A stretch of 64,000 bases of DNA from Podarcis cretensis (Eukaryota), in contig OX638156.1 in the NCBI GenBank assembly GCA_951804945.1, positions 50,964,001 to 51,028,000 on the forward strand. Reading direction: 5' to 3'. This document shows, one piece after another, positions 13,030 through 47,442 of this stretch. The notes below the pieces were generated by a model that ran no database searches, was not told the DNA's origin, and saw only the letters and a list, made by a program, of their open reading frames with translations. Every line of letters starts with the position of its first letter. Position 1 is the first letter of the stretch. The translations under genes were made by a program, and so were the position numbers.

Positions 13030-15669
13030 TACACTTGCATTCCCAAGTCCAATAGATTCCTTCCCTAGTCCTTGCATGGGAGGAAAGGCTGCTGAAGTCA
13101 GAATCCACAGCACATTGGAAGTGAGGTGGTAGGGGGTGCTGTAGGTTTCCAGCCAGCAGCTGGAAAACCCACAAAATCTGCTTTTTGCAAACTGTGTTTT
13201 CTTGCTCCCTACTGATAACACTGAGGCTCAACTGGGGGTGACTTGTGCCCAACCTGATTTGTTCCCCCTCATCAGTGGCTTTGTCACAATCTGCTAATCC
13301 TGCCCGCCTCCTTCAGCCTCCATATACTTCCCATTTTACCTGAGATATATATTCAGTAGTGTCCACACTTACACATCACACCACTGCTATCTGTAATGTT
13401 CTTGGTACTTTATCTATTGCTCCTTGTTGCCCTCCCTGCAGATCTGCTTACCAAGGTTTGCACATCTGCCTTTGTTTACAAAAGATATACGTTTTCCTTT
13501 TTAGAAACCTGGTTGTCTTTTGGGGGCTGGCTTTAGCGTTTCATTTTTAAATTAGGTTACGCTTGCACACACTTCAGCAGCACACTGTCTCTCCTTCTAT
13601 ACAGGGCTAAATTTATGGGATGTGCGCAAAAAGCTGAAGAGGAGAGAAGGGGAAACCTACTGAACTGAGTGCAAGCCAAGAGGTGTCTCAGAGGTGCCCA
13701 CAATCCATATGACCTCTGCTCAAGACCCTGGAGAGGTGCAACAGTCAGGGCAGGCCGGCCTTCCCCAACCTGGTCCTCTTCAGATGCTCTGAGCTGTTTT
13801 ATTTATAAGATTTGTGGCTCGCTGTTCAACCCTAAGGTCCCAGGTCAGGTTTTAACAACAGAAAAGACTATAAAAACAGACAAAACCATTACAATTACTA
13901 CAGCCCCCATCAGCCCCTGTTCTGAAACATCTGGAGGACCACTGGTGGGAAAGGCTGGGGTATGCAGCATTACTGGGCAAGAAGGACACATATGTCTGAC
14001 CTATACTTATATGGTAGATATGGGGCACCTTTCATGTGAAAATGCGACTCCCTGCAAAGGTTCTCAAGGACAGGGAAAGAAAAAAGCAACTCATCATGCA
14101 GAAGACGGCTCCTATGCTGGACTCCTGGAAGAAGGTGGTGCCCAAACTTATTTTGGTCTTTGAATGTAGCAAATATGACTTTCAGTAAAGCCAGCAGTTT
14201 TGCTGAGCTAGTCAGCGTTGTTTCTGCTGAGTCACTTTTTCAGAAGCTGGTCGGTCAAATGTTTTGGAACGGCCAGCATTCAAGTGAGTAAACAGCAGAA
14301 GCAGCTAGCAGTGGGGGTGGAGTGGAGGCGGGGGGAGGGGGGGCAAGGCCGACACACAGGTTTTACATGGGAGGCTTTGCCAACGTGGGGCAGGGGGTTC
14401 AGGACGACTTCTCCCCAGTGGGCAATACATGGGCAAATGCCAGGTTGATTTGGTTCCAAAGGCAGAAGCTACAAGAGAATTGGCACAACACACCCAAATC
14501 AAAACCCTCACAGGTACGGATTCTAAGCCTTTTGGCGACTGAGCACAAGGTGCCAAGAAAGGAGTGCTGGAAGTGGGGGGGGGGGTTAGTTGGGCTGCAT
14601 ATCCTCCTGCCCTGACTGCTCCAACATTGATCTAGGAGATAGAGCCCCGAAGCCACTAAGATGTCTTACATGGAAGCCCACTGGTTGCCCACCATAGGTG
14701 ACATTTCCAAGGCAAAATCAGCAGGAAGTAAAGGGCCCAAAGGGGCCCTGAGCTGCTCCTTTGCAGTGACTCAGGTGAGACTGAAGTATAAACTGCCTAA
14801 ACAACCAGGAGGGAGTTCCTGCACTGCTGCCCCCAAGACAAAGCTGCCTCTGCAGGGAAGGCATTTGGTGGTGAGAAATAACAGGCATTGTGTAAAGGAG
14901 GTTGCTCCGCAGGCAATGGGAAAGCAGCTGATGTTGCACACAGGACAGCCATGGTCTGGAGTGGCCCTATTGGATTTGCTTGGGGCTCCTGCCCCCTGGA
15001 TCCTCTGGGGCCCCTTATGTCAACAGAGCTAGAAGCTAAGGATTCAAGTAGCACCATTTAAACTAGCACCATGTTCCTATTCAGACCTATTCACTTCAAC
15101 CCTTAGATAAGTCCACGGGGTTCTCAAGGTTCACAGAAATTCTTCTGCATGGACTTCTGCTGTTCACTCTTGCCCATTTGCAAGGCAGGCTGGCAGGGGA
15201 GGGGAGGGGAAGGGAAGGGAAAGCAGGGGGGAAGCTGGAGTGAAGGCACTGAGCATAATAAGGCAGCCCTTGGTCCCTTGAGCAGAGCAGTCTCCTGGAA
15301 AGGATACTCCTCACCTGCTCTTACCTTCCCAGACTGCTGGGTCTGTGTGCGTCAGATGGTCAATGAGTTTACTGGAGGCACAGAGGTTGTTTGTGGCACC
15401 TGCGTTTCTCTGCTCCAAGCAACCATCCCAGTTCATGTCCTTCGTTGGAAGGGGAGAACTGAAGAAAGGTTGCTTGCTGCAGACAGTGGTCCTTGAACAT
15501 TGTTGCTGGTCCTTTGGTGGAAGAGGAGCCTGACAGTGTCCTGATTCCATGGCAAAGTGAGGCTCAGCTGGGCTCTCGGCAATCCTGCCCCCAGCCAAAG
15601 AAACAGGCCTTGGTGCTTGACCAATGGACAGTGCGCCATGCGTTTCTTTTCAGGCTGGCCCTGCTTTCC

Positions 15670-29819
<14,150 letters not shown>

Positions 29820-29846
29820 TATTGTCCTATCACTCAGGCGCCGTAA

Positions 29847-29893
29847 GCGCATGCGCTTTTTGTTTATCTTACGGGCTTGCTCTGCGCAGGCGC
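29847..29893 (-). promoter_or_regulatory. AFG3L1 promoter with two NRF1 motifs (GCGCATGCGC 29847-29856; TGCGCAGGCGC 29883-29893) in a CpG-rich region
   Basis: Both match the NRF1 consensus YGCGCAYGCGCR, 28-74 nt upstream of the ATG. NRF1 is an established regulator of nuclear-encoded mitochondrial genes. Confidence 0.7.
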
Positions 29894-30166
29894 TAAAATT
29901 CTCGTTTCTCACTACCGTATAGGAGGTATGTGAACCAACTTGTGTAACCAGGAAAACAGGCTGCAGCACCCTGATGTGGCGACATGTAGTTCCGGCATTG
30001 AATTTGGCCTCGTATCCCAGAAAATTTTGTCAGAGCCTAGCGGATGAAAGGCGAAATAATGGCTTTAGTACACGTGAAATGCAGATTTTTTGAGGCATTT
30101 TACTGGGGTGAAGAGTACATCTCCCCACCCCAAACCTATTTATGCAGATGTGGATTCAGGTAGGTA

Positions 30167-30369
30167 GCCTCTGGCGAACCAGAGCAGCGCACGGAAACAC
30201 CGTTTACCTATTTATCTACTTGCACTTTGATGTGCTTTCAAACTGCTAGGTTGGCAGGTGCAGGGACCGAGCAACAGGAGCTCACTCCGTCGCGGGGATT
30301 CGAACCGCCAACCTTCTGATCGGGAAGTCCTAGGCTCTGTAGTTTAACCCACAGTGCCACCCTTGTCCC
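30167..30369 (-). mobile_element. Sauria SINE (5' portion)
   Basis: Minus strand GGTGGCACTGTGGGTTAAAC...GGTTCGAATCCCCGCGACGGAGTGAGCTCC...CCAACCTAGCAGTTTGAAAGCAC...GTGCAAGTAGATAAATAGG, the characteristic Sauria SINE head and body. Confidence 0.85.
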
Positions 30370-30371
30370 TT

Positions 30372-30450
30372 GTAGCACTTTAGAGACCAACTAAGTTTGT
30401 TCTTGGTATGAGCTTTCGTGTGCATGCACACTTCTTCAGATACCTGAAGA
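30372..30450 (-). mobile_element. Penelope-like retroelement terminal remnant
   Basis: GTAGCACTTTAGAGACCAACTAAGTTTG...GAGCTTTCGTG...TCTTCAGATAC resembles reptile Penelope pseudo-LTR ends, and it contains a hammerhead core. Confidence 0.7.
30405..30444 (-). ncRNA. Minimal type I hammerhead ribozyme motif
   Basis: Minus strand GGUAU-CUGAAGA-A-GUGUG(CAUG)CACAC-GAAA-GC-UC^AUACC has both conserved core boxes, 5-bp stem I, 5-bp stem II and a vestigial palindromic stem III. Confidence 0.75.
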
Positions 30451-31959
30451 TCTGAAGTTGTGGCAACCTTTCTAATTATGACTACTCAGTATTCAGGGAA
30501 ATTTACTCTGCAGCTATGCAGAGGCCCAGGGCCAGCCTTGAAACAGAAAATATTCAAGGCATAACGAGCATTCCCTAACAATCAGCCCTTGCTCAGGAAT
30601 TCCTCTGCTTGGCTTCTCAGCCCAGTATGTCTTTCCATCTTCTTTTTCCTGTATCGACTAGAGATACAGCAGCACCCACATTTTACCCTCACATTGTCAG
30701 CCAGAGATGGTACAACCCCCAGAATATGGGGGAGGTTGTGTCAAGAATGCTATGAACTAGGAATCCAGTACATAGGACTTGCTCAGAGATGTATAGAATC
30801 AAGATATTCTGCCTCATGTTACAAAAGCTCTCACTGCTCACAATTCCGTGTACTTTGATACTATAGAATCTGCTAGCACAAGATGGTAGCAATGGCCACC
30901 AACCAAGATGGCTTTGAAAGCAGATTGGATAAATTGATAGAGAATAAGGCTACCAGTGGCTGCCAACCATTATGCCTGGGGGCTAGTCCAATACTGGAAG
31001 TGCTCAGTCTCTGAACACCAGTTGCTGGGGAGCACAAGTAGGGAGAGTGCTCTTGTGCTTATTTCCGGCTTGTGGGCTTTCAAGAAGCATGGAGTTAGTT
31101 ACTGTGAGAAACTAGATAGGTCTAGATAGCCATTTTGTCAGTTGGGAGCAGGACTCTTTGGTTCTTACCTGGCTGCTAAATCTCATATGTACCTCGTCCC
31201 TTCTGCCCAGTATACCCAATAGGTTGTGGTAGGGCAAGGAAAGCTTTTTTGGTAACACTGTGTTGTCGTATCAAGCCAAAGGCAGCAGGACTACTTTGGT
31301 ACCTGCTTGGCTGAGCCTAGGATAATAGCAGCTTTGTGATGTTAAAATAACTCTCTATTCAACCAGCTGATAGAAGTTGAAACCCATGTTTCCTCTTCCC
31401 ACATCCCTCTACAACCCATCTATAATTCAAGCTGAACTTGCACATGCCTACTTATCAGCTATGTACTTACATTTATGAAACAGCTACAACAGATCACTTG
31501 GAGCTTTCAGACCACTGAATAAAATCATGTTACAGTTAACACAATTTACAGGTTCAGTTGCAAGTTACTGAGCTGTACACATAGCAAAGATGAACCTGTT
31601 GTATTTGCAACTTCCTTGCACCTGAGGCTCCTTAGTTCAGATAGAGACAAAGGGGCTAAGGGCACCCCGAGAATGAAAAGCAGCTAACTACCACATATGC
31701 ACCACATTTTACAACATGGTCTCCATTACTTGGACATGTGATCTCAAGTTAATTTATCTTAATAAGTAGTGGCACTAGCTATCTGCCCTCATGTTATGTT
31801 TGGCCACAAACTGTCTTGAATAGCTCCAGAGGATGCAACATTGAAGCCTTCCAGGAGAGCCTTCCAGGAGAGGAAAAGGAAGGTAACATATTTGCAGAAG
31901 ACAAGGTCTGTGCAGGCAGAACTTAAAATCATAGTAACGCAGCCAGAGTTTCACACGGC

Positions 31960-31965
31960 TTTATT
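31960..31965 (-). terminator. Candidate polyadenylation signal (AATAAA) of DEF8
   Basis: TTTATT on + lies ~800 nt downstream of the DEF8 stop codon. Confidence 0.6.
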
Positions 31966-32759
31966 TAAAGTGATTTTAGTGCTCGTGATAAATTACTGTG
32001 GTTGAAGTGCCCCACTCCAGTCTCGTCTCACTGGCTGTTGGGGTCTGTTCCAAGTTCATCATCCATCCAGTCCTTGTGTTGCCATCACCAAAAGCCATGG
32101 GGATGGTGAAGGAGAAAAGGGCATCTTCTCTTCTCTCCTGCATACCCGATCTCCAGCACAGATACTTTATGCATCTAAGTTAGAGGGAATGAATTCTAGA
32201 TATCATATAATCCCTAAGCCCACCTGCCTCGGATCATCTTCCATGCTGATGTATCACTGTCAAAACGGAAGCCACAGGGGCACTCTCAATGTTATGTGCC
32301 AGCATAGAGCGGTGGCGTTAATAAGCAACAGCCGAGGAAAGCTGCTAGCAAATGTTTCGCATCACAGTCAGTCGGCCCTTTCTCCAATGTTTTTCAGCCT
32401 GGAAGGATCTGCCATGAATAAACCCTGGCCCAAAAGCTTGTCCTCCTCACACCCAAAAACCTGTGTCCTGTGAGGACAGTGCTCTCTTGAACTCATGATT
32501 TCAGGTAGGGAGAGTCTGCAAAGTCTGATGTGCTGAGCAGTCTCAAAGGCTCTTCTAGTAAGAGAGAGTCTAGGACACTTGTCCTGCAGCATCATTTCCC
32601 GGAACCTTTAGAGAAGCCATTCCCAGCTGCACTCCTGTGAAGGTTCTCCTCCTTGCCAATCTGGGCTGATCTCCTCCCAGGCAAGTACAGGTGAAACCCA
32701 GCATCCTGGGCTTGCCATGTTCCTTTGTGCCATCTCCCTCCAGCCAAGGAAAGGCACCT

Positions 32760-40466
<7,707 letters not shown>

Positions 40467-42467
40467 CTACACAATAACTGTGCAGAGTCATGCAGGCATC
40501 CAGCAGGGCAGCTCCTGTGCATCAGTCAGGTGTCATCCCTTCCTGCACTATGATGTCACTGCCAGTTCCTTCCTGGAATCCCCAAGAACTCCAGTGGACA
40601 GCACAGCTAGGCAAACTTTGGCCACTTTGAGTCTATATCCAACTTCCCCAACCTGGTGCCCTTCAGACATTTGTGGTCATATTTGCTACCACTCCTACTC
40701 ACTGTAGGCCCCTCAAAGTTAATGGACATAACCACCAATTATAATGGGTGTACTCTGAGTAGGCCTTAGTTGAATACAATCCTTTGTGCTGTGCTGGCTG
40801 GGACTGATGGTAGTTGTAATCCAAAAGACCCAGAGCCCACCAGGTTGAGGAATGGGGTTCAAAATTAGCAGGGCACCAGGCGCATTTTGCACCTAAAGAT
40901 TCCCCATTTGCGAGCACCTCAAAAAGTCTGGATGCCATTCTTTGCACCTGGCTGACACTTAAGGATTACTGAAATGTATGTGCTTTGAAGCCTTGAAGTA
41001 TATGTTAAGGATAGACAATATGTAAAGGAGTTTAACAATAAAGAGTAGAATATTTTGAAAACTGAAGTATGGTACCAATATTTTTATTGTAAACACCAAA
41101 TTAAACATGTATTAACAATTTCTGCTAAAATGTTATATTAACAATGTGTCACTTATGTGAATTTCATATTAGCTCATGCTTATCAGAATAATAAATTAAA
41201 AGTGCCCACAACCCAGAAGCCATTTGGCTCCTAGGTTTTCTATCCCAGTTTCTAACACTGTTGATGAAGAGTGGTTCACATGGCCAAGACCACCCGGGCT
41301 GCATACAACCACACTTGCTTGAGAGACTACTTTTTATATGTAACCATGCTTAGCCTTCCTCTTTGGGAATTGGAGCCTCCAGCAATGGAGTTGCCCATAA
41401 CATCACATGACCACTGATGGTTATCTAGGGACCCTCAGAGAAGGGCTAGTAAGAAAGCCAGCTAAATGAATTTGAAACCAGCATGACATCAATCAGCCCT
41501 GTCTCATTGTCCCTTGATGGCAAGGAATCAATTGGTAGGGTGACAGCCACACAAAAATTATTATCATTATTAGGATAACTATTATGAAAGAAATACAGAT
41601 TTCCAAGCATGTTATTGTACAAATCTCTTTTTACCATTCTGTTCCAACTTCCCTACTGAGATTTAAGTGCATATATGAGAACCTTCCATTAGCTGCTCTT
41701 CCCTTCTGTCTCATGCTCTAAGGAGCCTTTAAAATGACATCATCTTCACTTTGTTGGGCTATTAGCACCTTCCCTTTACTAACCACGGAAACAACTCAAA
41801 TAAAATCCAAGAAGCCTTTTTTTCATCATGAAGACATTGATAATTGAGCTCTAAGGTTGTCCACATCACTTTAGAAAAGTGATGTTTGCTTTGTTCTAAG
41901 GCATTTTTTTAAAAAAGAAAAACCTCCTGCTTCCAGCTCAGTTTTATTCTGCTGGCTGTTTTTGTTGTTTTTTTAGGTGCTGCTGTTTTAGTTTTCTAGG
42001 TGTACAGAATTTAACATTTACAACCTCAGGGTTGTATAATTTTGTGTCTTTAATGTGATGTGAACAGCCTGAAAGGCAATCTATAAATAGCAAAATAAAC
42101 AAAATAATATATAAGCAACAGGGGAAAAAATCTGGCTGACTTTAAAATCTTTTTCTTTTTGAAAAATGAGTAAACCTGATGAAATACCTCAATTTGTGCT
42201 ACATATAACATTATACTTTGAAGAACACATTAAACCAGCCTTCATCAACTTGGTGCCCTCCAGATGCCAGCAACACCAGTGCTCACTGAGCCTAATGAAA
42301 ATTGTAGTGCAAAACACCTGGTATGGCACTGTTGGTTGCACGCTTATAGGAATATACAAAGGAGTAAGACCATTGATACATCTGGCTCAGTACTGTCTAC
42401 ACTGATTGGCAGCTGCTATCCAAGAGCTCAGATTAAGGAGCCTTTTGCATCCCTCCCTGGAGATACC

Positions 42468-42530
42468 ATCAGGGATTGGACCTGGGGTCTTCTGCATGCA
42501 AAGCAGATGCTCTAACCACTGAGCAATGAC
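42468..42530 (-). mobile_element. tRNA-derived SINE head (Squam3-like); similar copies at ~28150-28212, ~44974-45025 and ~58470-58520
   Basis: Minus strand GCTCAGTGGTTAGAGCATCTGCTTTGCATGCAGAAGACCCCAGGTCCAATCCCTG with A and B boxes, but no tRNA acceptor stem. Confidence 0.7.
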
Positions 42531-43194
42531 CTTTCCTGCCAAAGCAACTGGTGGGCTCTTGTCTTAGCCTACTTTTCTGTAGATAATCAGATGGCAAGGC
42601 CAGTGTACCAGTAAACCCATTACCATAGCTAGAAAGCATCCTTTGTCCTACATTCTGCACCTACCGATCACATGAGGCTGTTGTGTCCAAGGTGCTCACC
42701 ACATGCACACATGTATACTTGGTGCAGCAGCAAAAGCTGGCACAGGTACCCAAAGCAGCATGAAAGAACAGGTGCAGAAGGCAGAGAGGCAACTGAGGAA
42801 GTGCCCGAGACCGAGTGTCTTGGCTTTGCTGGTGGGCTGTGAGAATCAGGGGAGCAGAAATGGGGACCTGCAGAGCCTAGAGAGGAGCCCCAAAGGCAAC
42901 AACCCCCTACTGCCACCTGGGACCAGAGTGTATCTGGATATTAAACCACACTTTCAAGGCAGGGAGAATGAGGTTTTTCAACCCTAAATGGCCTTCCACG
43001 TCCTTTCTCTTTCGTGTGGCGTACGTTTTGAAACGGGTTTTCACAGGCTTTGCCTTTCAGATTCGTGCTTTTTTTTGGAAGAGGCTGCGAGAGGCCTCGG
43101 GCGAGTGAAAACAACGAAAACAAACGTAGAGATCCCTGGGAGGTGATCCCTAGATCAGAAGGGTCCCACAACTGAATTATTATTGGGGGTGGGT

Positions 43195-43196
<2 letters not shown>

Positions 43197-43240
<44 letters not shown>
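43197..43240 (+). repeat. (GA)n microsatellite in DEF8 intron 1
   Basis: Direct reading. Confidence 0.95.
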
Positions 43241-43245
<5 letters not shown>

Positions 43246-43299
43246 GAAGGGCGGTCCCAGAGGGAGGGCACGACCAGGAGCAAAGCCAGAGGGCTTCAG

Positions 43300-44100
43300 C
43301 AAGTGAGCCAGGCTGCACGCTCAAGACCTGCTGTGTCCCACCGGGCGGCGGAGTCTCTTGCCGGGTCGAAGGAGGGAAGAGAGTCCTGCGTGGGGAGCAG
43401 AAGAGCCCGAGCTCGAGGCGCGGGAGGGGAGGGAGGTGCAGGGTTTTTTCCTTCCACTTTCGAGGGTGGGGGTGGGGAGCCGCGTCCTCAAGCAACCCCG
43501 AGCCGCTTCCTACCCCGCCTCAATCGACCTGAAAGGTTGGCAGACGGGGAAACCGAGGCTCCCCGGAGACCCGAGGCGGCGGCGAGGGGCGCAGCGAGAG
43601 AGGGGAGCGCCCAACACCCCCCACTCCGCGACCCCAGGGACCCCCTTTCCCGAGGGGGGAAGCCCGGAAGAGCCCCCTGCGCTCCGCGGCCCTTACCTGC
43701 GCGCCCATGGGGGTGGGTGGGGGGATGCGGCCTGGCCCGGCCCGGCTGCCCGCGCCTCTGCCCGGCCCGGACGCGCCGTTTCTTCGCCTCGCTACATGGC
43801 AACTTGGCGGGGCGCCCCCAGCCAAGCCTTGGCCAGCGACGAGCGCCGCCCAAACCGGCCCGCGCGGACCGGCCCACTGCTGCCCCCGCGCGGCCTGGAG
43901 GAGCCGCGGCGCGACGACGCCTCCAAGGCCCGGGAGGGGGCGCCGCTGCAGAAAGGCCTGCGGGTCCCTTTGCAGGGCCCGAGACAAGCCCTTGCAAATT
44001 GAAAAGGAGATACGCTTCGCAGAGGGAAGGGGGCTCGGCATCCTGGCTCGGAGCAGCCCGCTTCCCTGCAGTGCAGACCGCGCAAGTCCCGAGCAAAGAC
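43300..44100 (-). promoter_or_regulatory. DEF8 CpG-island promoter and 5' exon (donor CAG|GTAAGG at 43697/43696; RFX X-box-like GTTGCCATGTAGC 43791-43803)
   Basis: Very GC/CpG-rich stretch 3 kb upstream of the first DEF8 coding exon, with a strong minus-strand donor. The ATG exon has its own acceptor at 40231. Boundaries are approximate. Confidence 0.75.
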
Positions 44101-45025
44101 AGCTCTCAGTCCTCCCTCAAACAAGACCTTGACTACGGACAGTCTTTGACTAATGTAAAAACATCAGGGCAGAAGCCCTTTTCCGCGGCCACCAACCCAA
44201 TTCATTTAATTGATTTCCACGAAGGTATTCCTTCGGGCTTTTCTTGCGAGGTCCTGAAAAAAGGGAGTGAATAAAAGTTCTAGATGTGTAAGGAGTCTGT
44301 CTCACAAAAGAGGCCCGAGAGAGCCCTTCCCAAGGATATGCAAGGACAAGGAGAGAGGAGGATGGGGGATGGTCTTTGTAGCTGGAGCATGACCCACCGC
44401 AGACCCCGAAGGTGGTCCACGCCAGGCAGGGCCCACAAAAGGCGGGGTGCAAATGCCAAGAAACAAGCCGAGGCTCCTGAAAGGTCTTGGTGCTCCTTGC
44501 GACCGGTAATGGGCAGGGAACATGTCACTCTCTCTGCTCAAAAGTCAGCTTACCAGGCCGTTGTTACATTGGTGAACAGTTTACATAGCTGTGGGGCACC
44601 TGTGGTTATGTCAGATATCTTTTATGACTTTGAGAAAGGGTTTCTCATTTTGCTTTCTTTTGTTTCTATTCATGTTAAGTAGTAAGATTTCGCTATATAA
44701 GTCCATCCTATTGCAGTGCATTTATAATACACAAATTATATATGTATAGTAAAATAACCTAAAGTGGTAGGTAGAAAGTTCCCCTTTACATTTCAAGTTG
44801 GGGCTAAAACCTCCATGCATGAGGATGGTAACAGGTTCAATCCCTGGTGTCTCCAGGCATGGGAGAGAGATTCCTGCCTGAAATTCCAGAGAGCTGTCCA
44901 TCAGTGTGAGCAATATTGAGCTAGATGGATCAATGGCCCGACTCTGTATATGGTGGCTTCTTGTGTTCCCTGGGGGAAGTGTCATAAGCTTAGTGGTAGA
45001 GCATATGTTTTGCAGGCAGGCTGCC

Positions 45026-45590
45026 TGTGCTAGCTCTGGGGGTAAGCCGAGTAACGCGGTCCAGGTCTGGTCCCGAATCCAAGGGTCCCGCGAGGAGTCA
45101 GTCCGACAGGGCCAAGGCAGGTTCTGGCAAACAGCAACATTGCTCCCTCAACCTGAGGCGGGGCCCAGCAGCCTTTTATCTATGTCAGGGTCTTGATCCC
45201 CCAGTGACTCACCTCCCTGTCTCACCCAAAGGTGAGCACTCCTTCTGTGAGTACTCAGGTCTCTCCTCTCAGACCTCAGCCTCTGCAGCTCAGGAGATGT
45301 TGGTGGGTTACTAGATCCAGAGGCCTCCTCAGCCTCTCCTGACCCAACTGGTAGTGGAGCAGCTGTAAGTGATTGCCCAGATGAAGGCAACGAGGTAATC
45401 CCCTGCATCTGGAGCCAGGGCAGGCTCAGGCCCCTGACTCGGCCCAGCTGGTGCTTGTTGCAGGGGAACCTGTGCAGACTGGGGCTCTTCAGAATCAGGC
45501 CCCAGACTTGGTTCAGATGCCACCTGAGGCAAAGGATCCAGTGTGGACTGAGACTCCTCTGGCTCCGATTCAGAGTCCCAGGCTATCACA
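45026..45590. mobile_element. Solo LTR (Gypsy/ERV type), 565 bp, inserted into a SINE head
   Basis: TG...CA termini with inverted ends TGTGCTAGC and GCTATCACA. The 5-bp flanks CTGCC and CAGCC form a TSD with one mismatch. Confidence 0.72.
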
Positions 45591-47436
45591 CAGCCTGAGG
45601 TTCAATCAGCAGCATCTTTGTGTCTGGCAGGAAATAAACCCCTTGCGTCTGAAAACCTTGGGAGCTGTAGAGTCTACAGTGCTGAGCTAGACGGCAGAAT
45701 GACTCAGAATAAGGCACCTTCCTGAGAATGCCAGTGTGGCAGGTTAAAGAGTGCAGAATACACCATTGGACCTCAGCAATGTTGGGTGGGTCCCAGGAGG
45801 CATCTTTGATATGGTGTTGCTGAGGGCCATCCTGCAGGACACTGCTCAGAAGGAACTTCCAGAAAGACTGCCCTAGTCTGCAGCAGCAGGACCATAGTAA
45901 GGTAGAAAAGATGGACTGCTATCCTAGAGTCTTCAACCTGGTGGTCTCCAGATGTCATTGGACTAAAGCTCCCACCAGTGCTGATGGGAGTTGTAGTCCA
46001 ACAATGTCTGGAGATCACCAGGTTGGTGAAAGCTGGTTCAACTGGATTCCAAGAGTGATCATAGCTTCAGGTTATTCTGTGGTAAGTTACATAGGTGGTC
46101 CACTGTTGCAACAAACATTTGAATCTTAGCAGTTGTCATTAGAGGCAGGAGTGTGTTCTTTCCAGTGCAAAACTCTCTCTTGCTATTTTTGGGGTATGGT
46201 CTGCATTCTGCCTGGTGTCATTCCCATCAGCCATGTAGGTGGGGCGTTAGAATAGGCTGTGCCATCACCCTGAAGACATCTGGTGTGCTGCACACATCAC
46301 TGAGCCAATCCTCACTTTAGGATTCGCCCCACAGATCACAGCTGCTGCCAAGAGCCAGTCTTCTCACTAGGCATTTCTTGAGGCTCAGCTAACTGAAGGG
46401 CCCATTGAGAGGACACACACCAGTGTCACAACACCTGCAGGCAAGTGCTCATTCCTAACCATCTGCCACCCAAGTGGGAAGCTGCACATTGTCTCTCTCT
46501 TGACCCAGTCCCACAAATTCTGTGGCACAACTTATGGGCCATACAAGCACATTCAGGTGAAAGGGGGGTTCTTGGCCAAAGGCTCACCATGTGCTGAAGC
46601 CAGTCCTGTGAGTAAATCATTTCTTAAGCAGAGCCAGATGTGCAGTTACCTCCTGCAGCAGCAGCCATTTCATAGCTCCTCCCAGCTTGACCCCAGGATC
46701 TGGGAGGCAACTGTTCTAAGCATAGCAGTGGTGTTCAATCATTTTAGATGCTGGACTTCATGGCCCTCCTGCTCATAGAGGAATGTGTTACTTACTTTCC
46801 AATTATGGCAAGGCCATTATGTTGCATGTAAGGGACCTCCCACTCATTCTGCTGATAAGAGGGGAGGCCTGAATTTCTATCCCAAAGCGCACCCCTCTTT
46901 GAATATGAAGCTGTTTTCATTAGTAACCACTGATTGGCCTGCATGAAATTGTCTAAAGTTGTTGGGGTGTGTGTGTTTTTAAAGTGACCACCCTAAGTGT
47001 AATTGCTGAATTTCTCTGGTTGGAAACACGGCGAGGTGGATAGTTCAAAAGCCAAGCCTGGACCTTGATGCTTGCCCTCAGTTGCCAAGCAACACTGTGT
47101 GTGATTGACTTCCAGCTGGTGTTTGCCTTCTAGTCCAGTGTTCTTCAATCTGGTGCCCTCTAGATGTTTTGTATTCCAACCCACATCACCCCTGACCCGT
47201 GACTGTGCTAGTTGGGGCTGAGGGAAGGTGTAGTCCAAAGCACCAGGAAGACACCAGCTTGTGGAAGGCTGCACTAGACAGACACACACCAACACTCTCC
47301 AAGGGAGTGGTTGTCCCACAACACAACATTCATTCAGTTCCTTTAGCCAGCACTCCAATGCCTCCCCACTTCACAAACATGCTCCCCTATCCCAAATGAG
47401 AGAAAGGGGACACCCAAGATGCTGGACAGCAATAGA

Positions 47437-47442
47437 TTTATT
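47437..47442 (-). terminator. Polyadenylation signal (AATAAA) of TUBB3
   Basis: TTTATT on + lies ~345 nt after the TUBB3 stop. Confidence 0.7.

Noticed and set aside
43183-44274. Long overlapping ORFs (up to 363 aa) at the DEF8 5' end
   Set aside because: Stop-codon depletion in a CpG island; low-complexity R/P/G/A translations in all frames.
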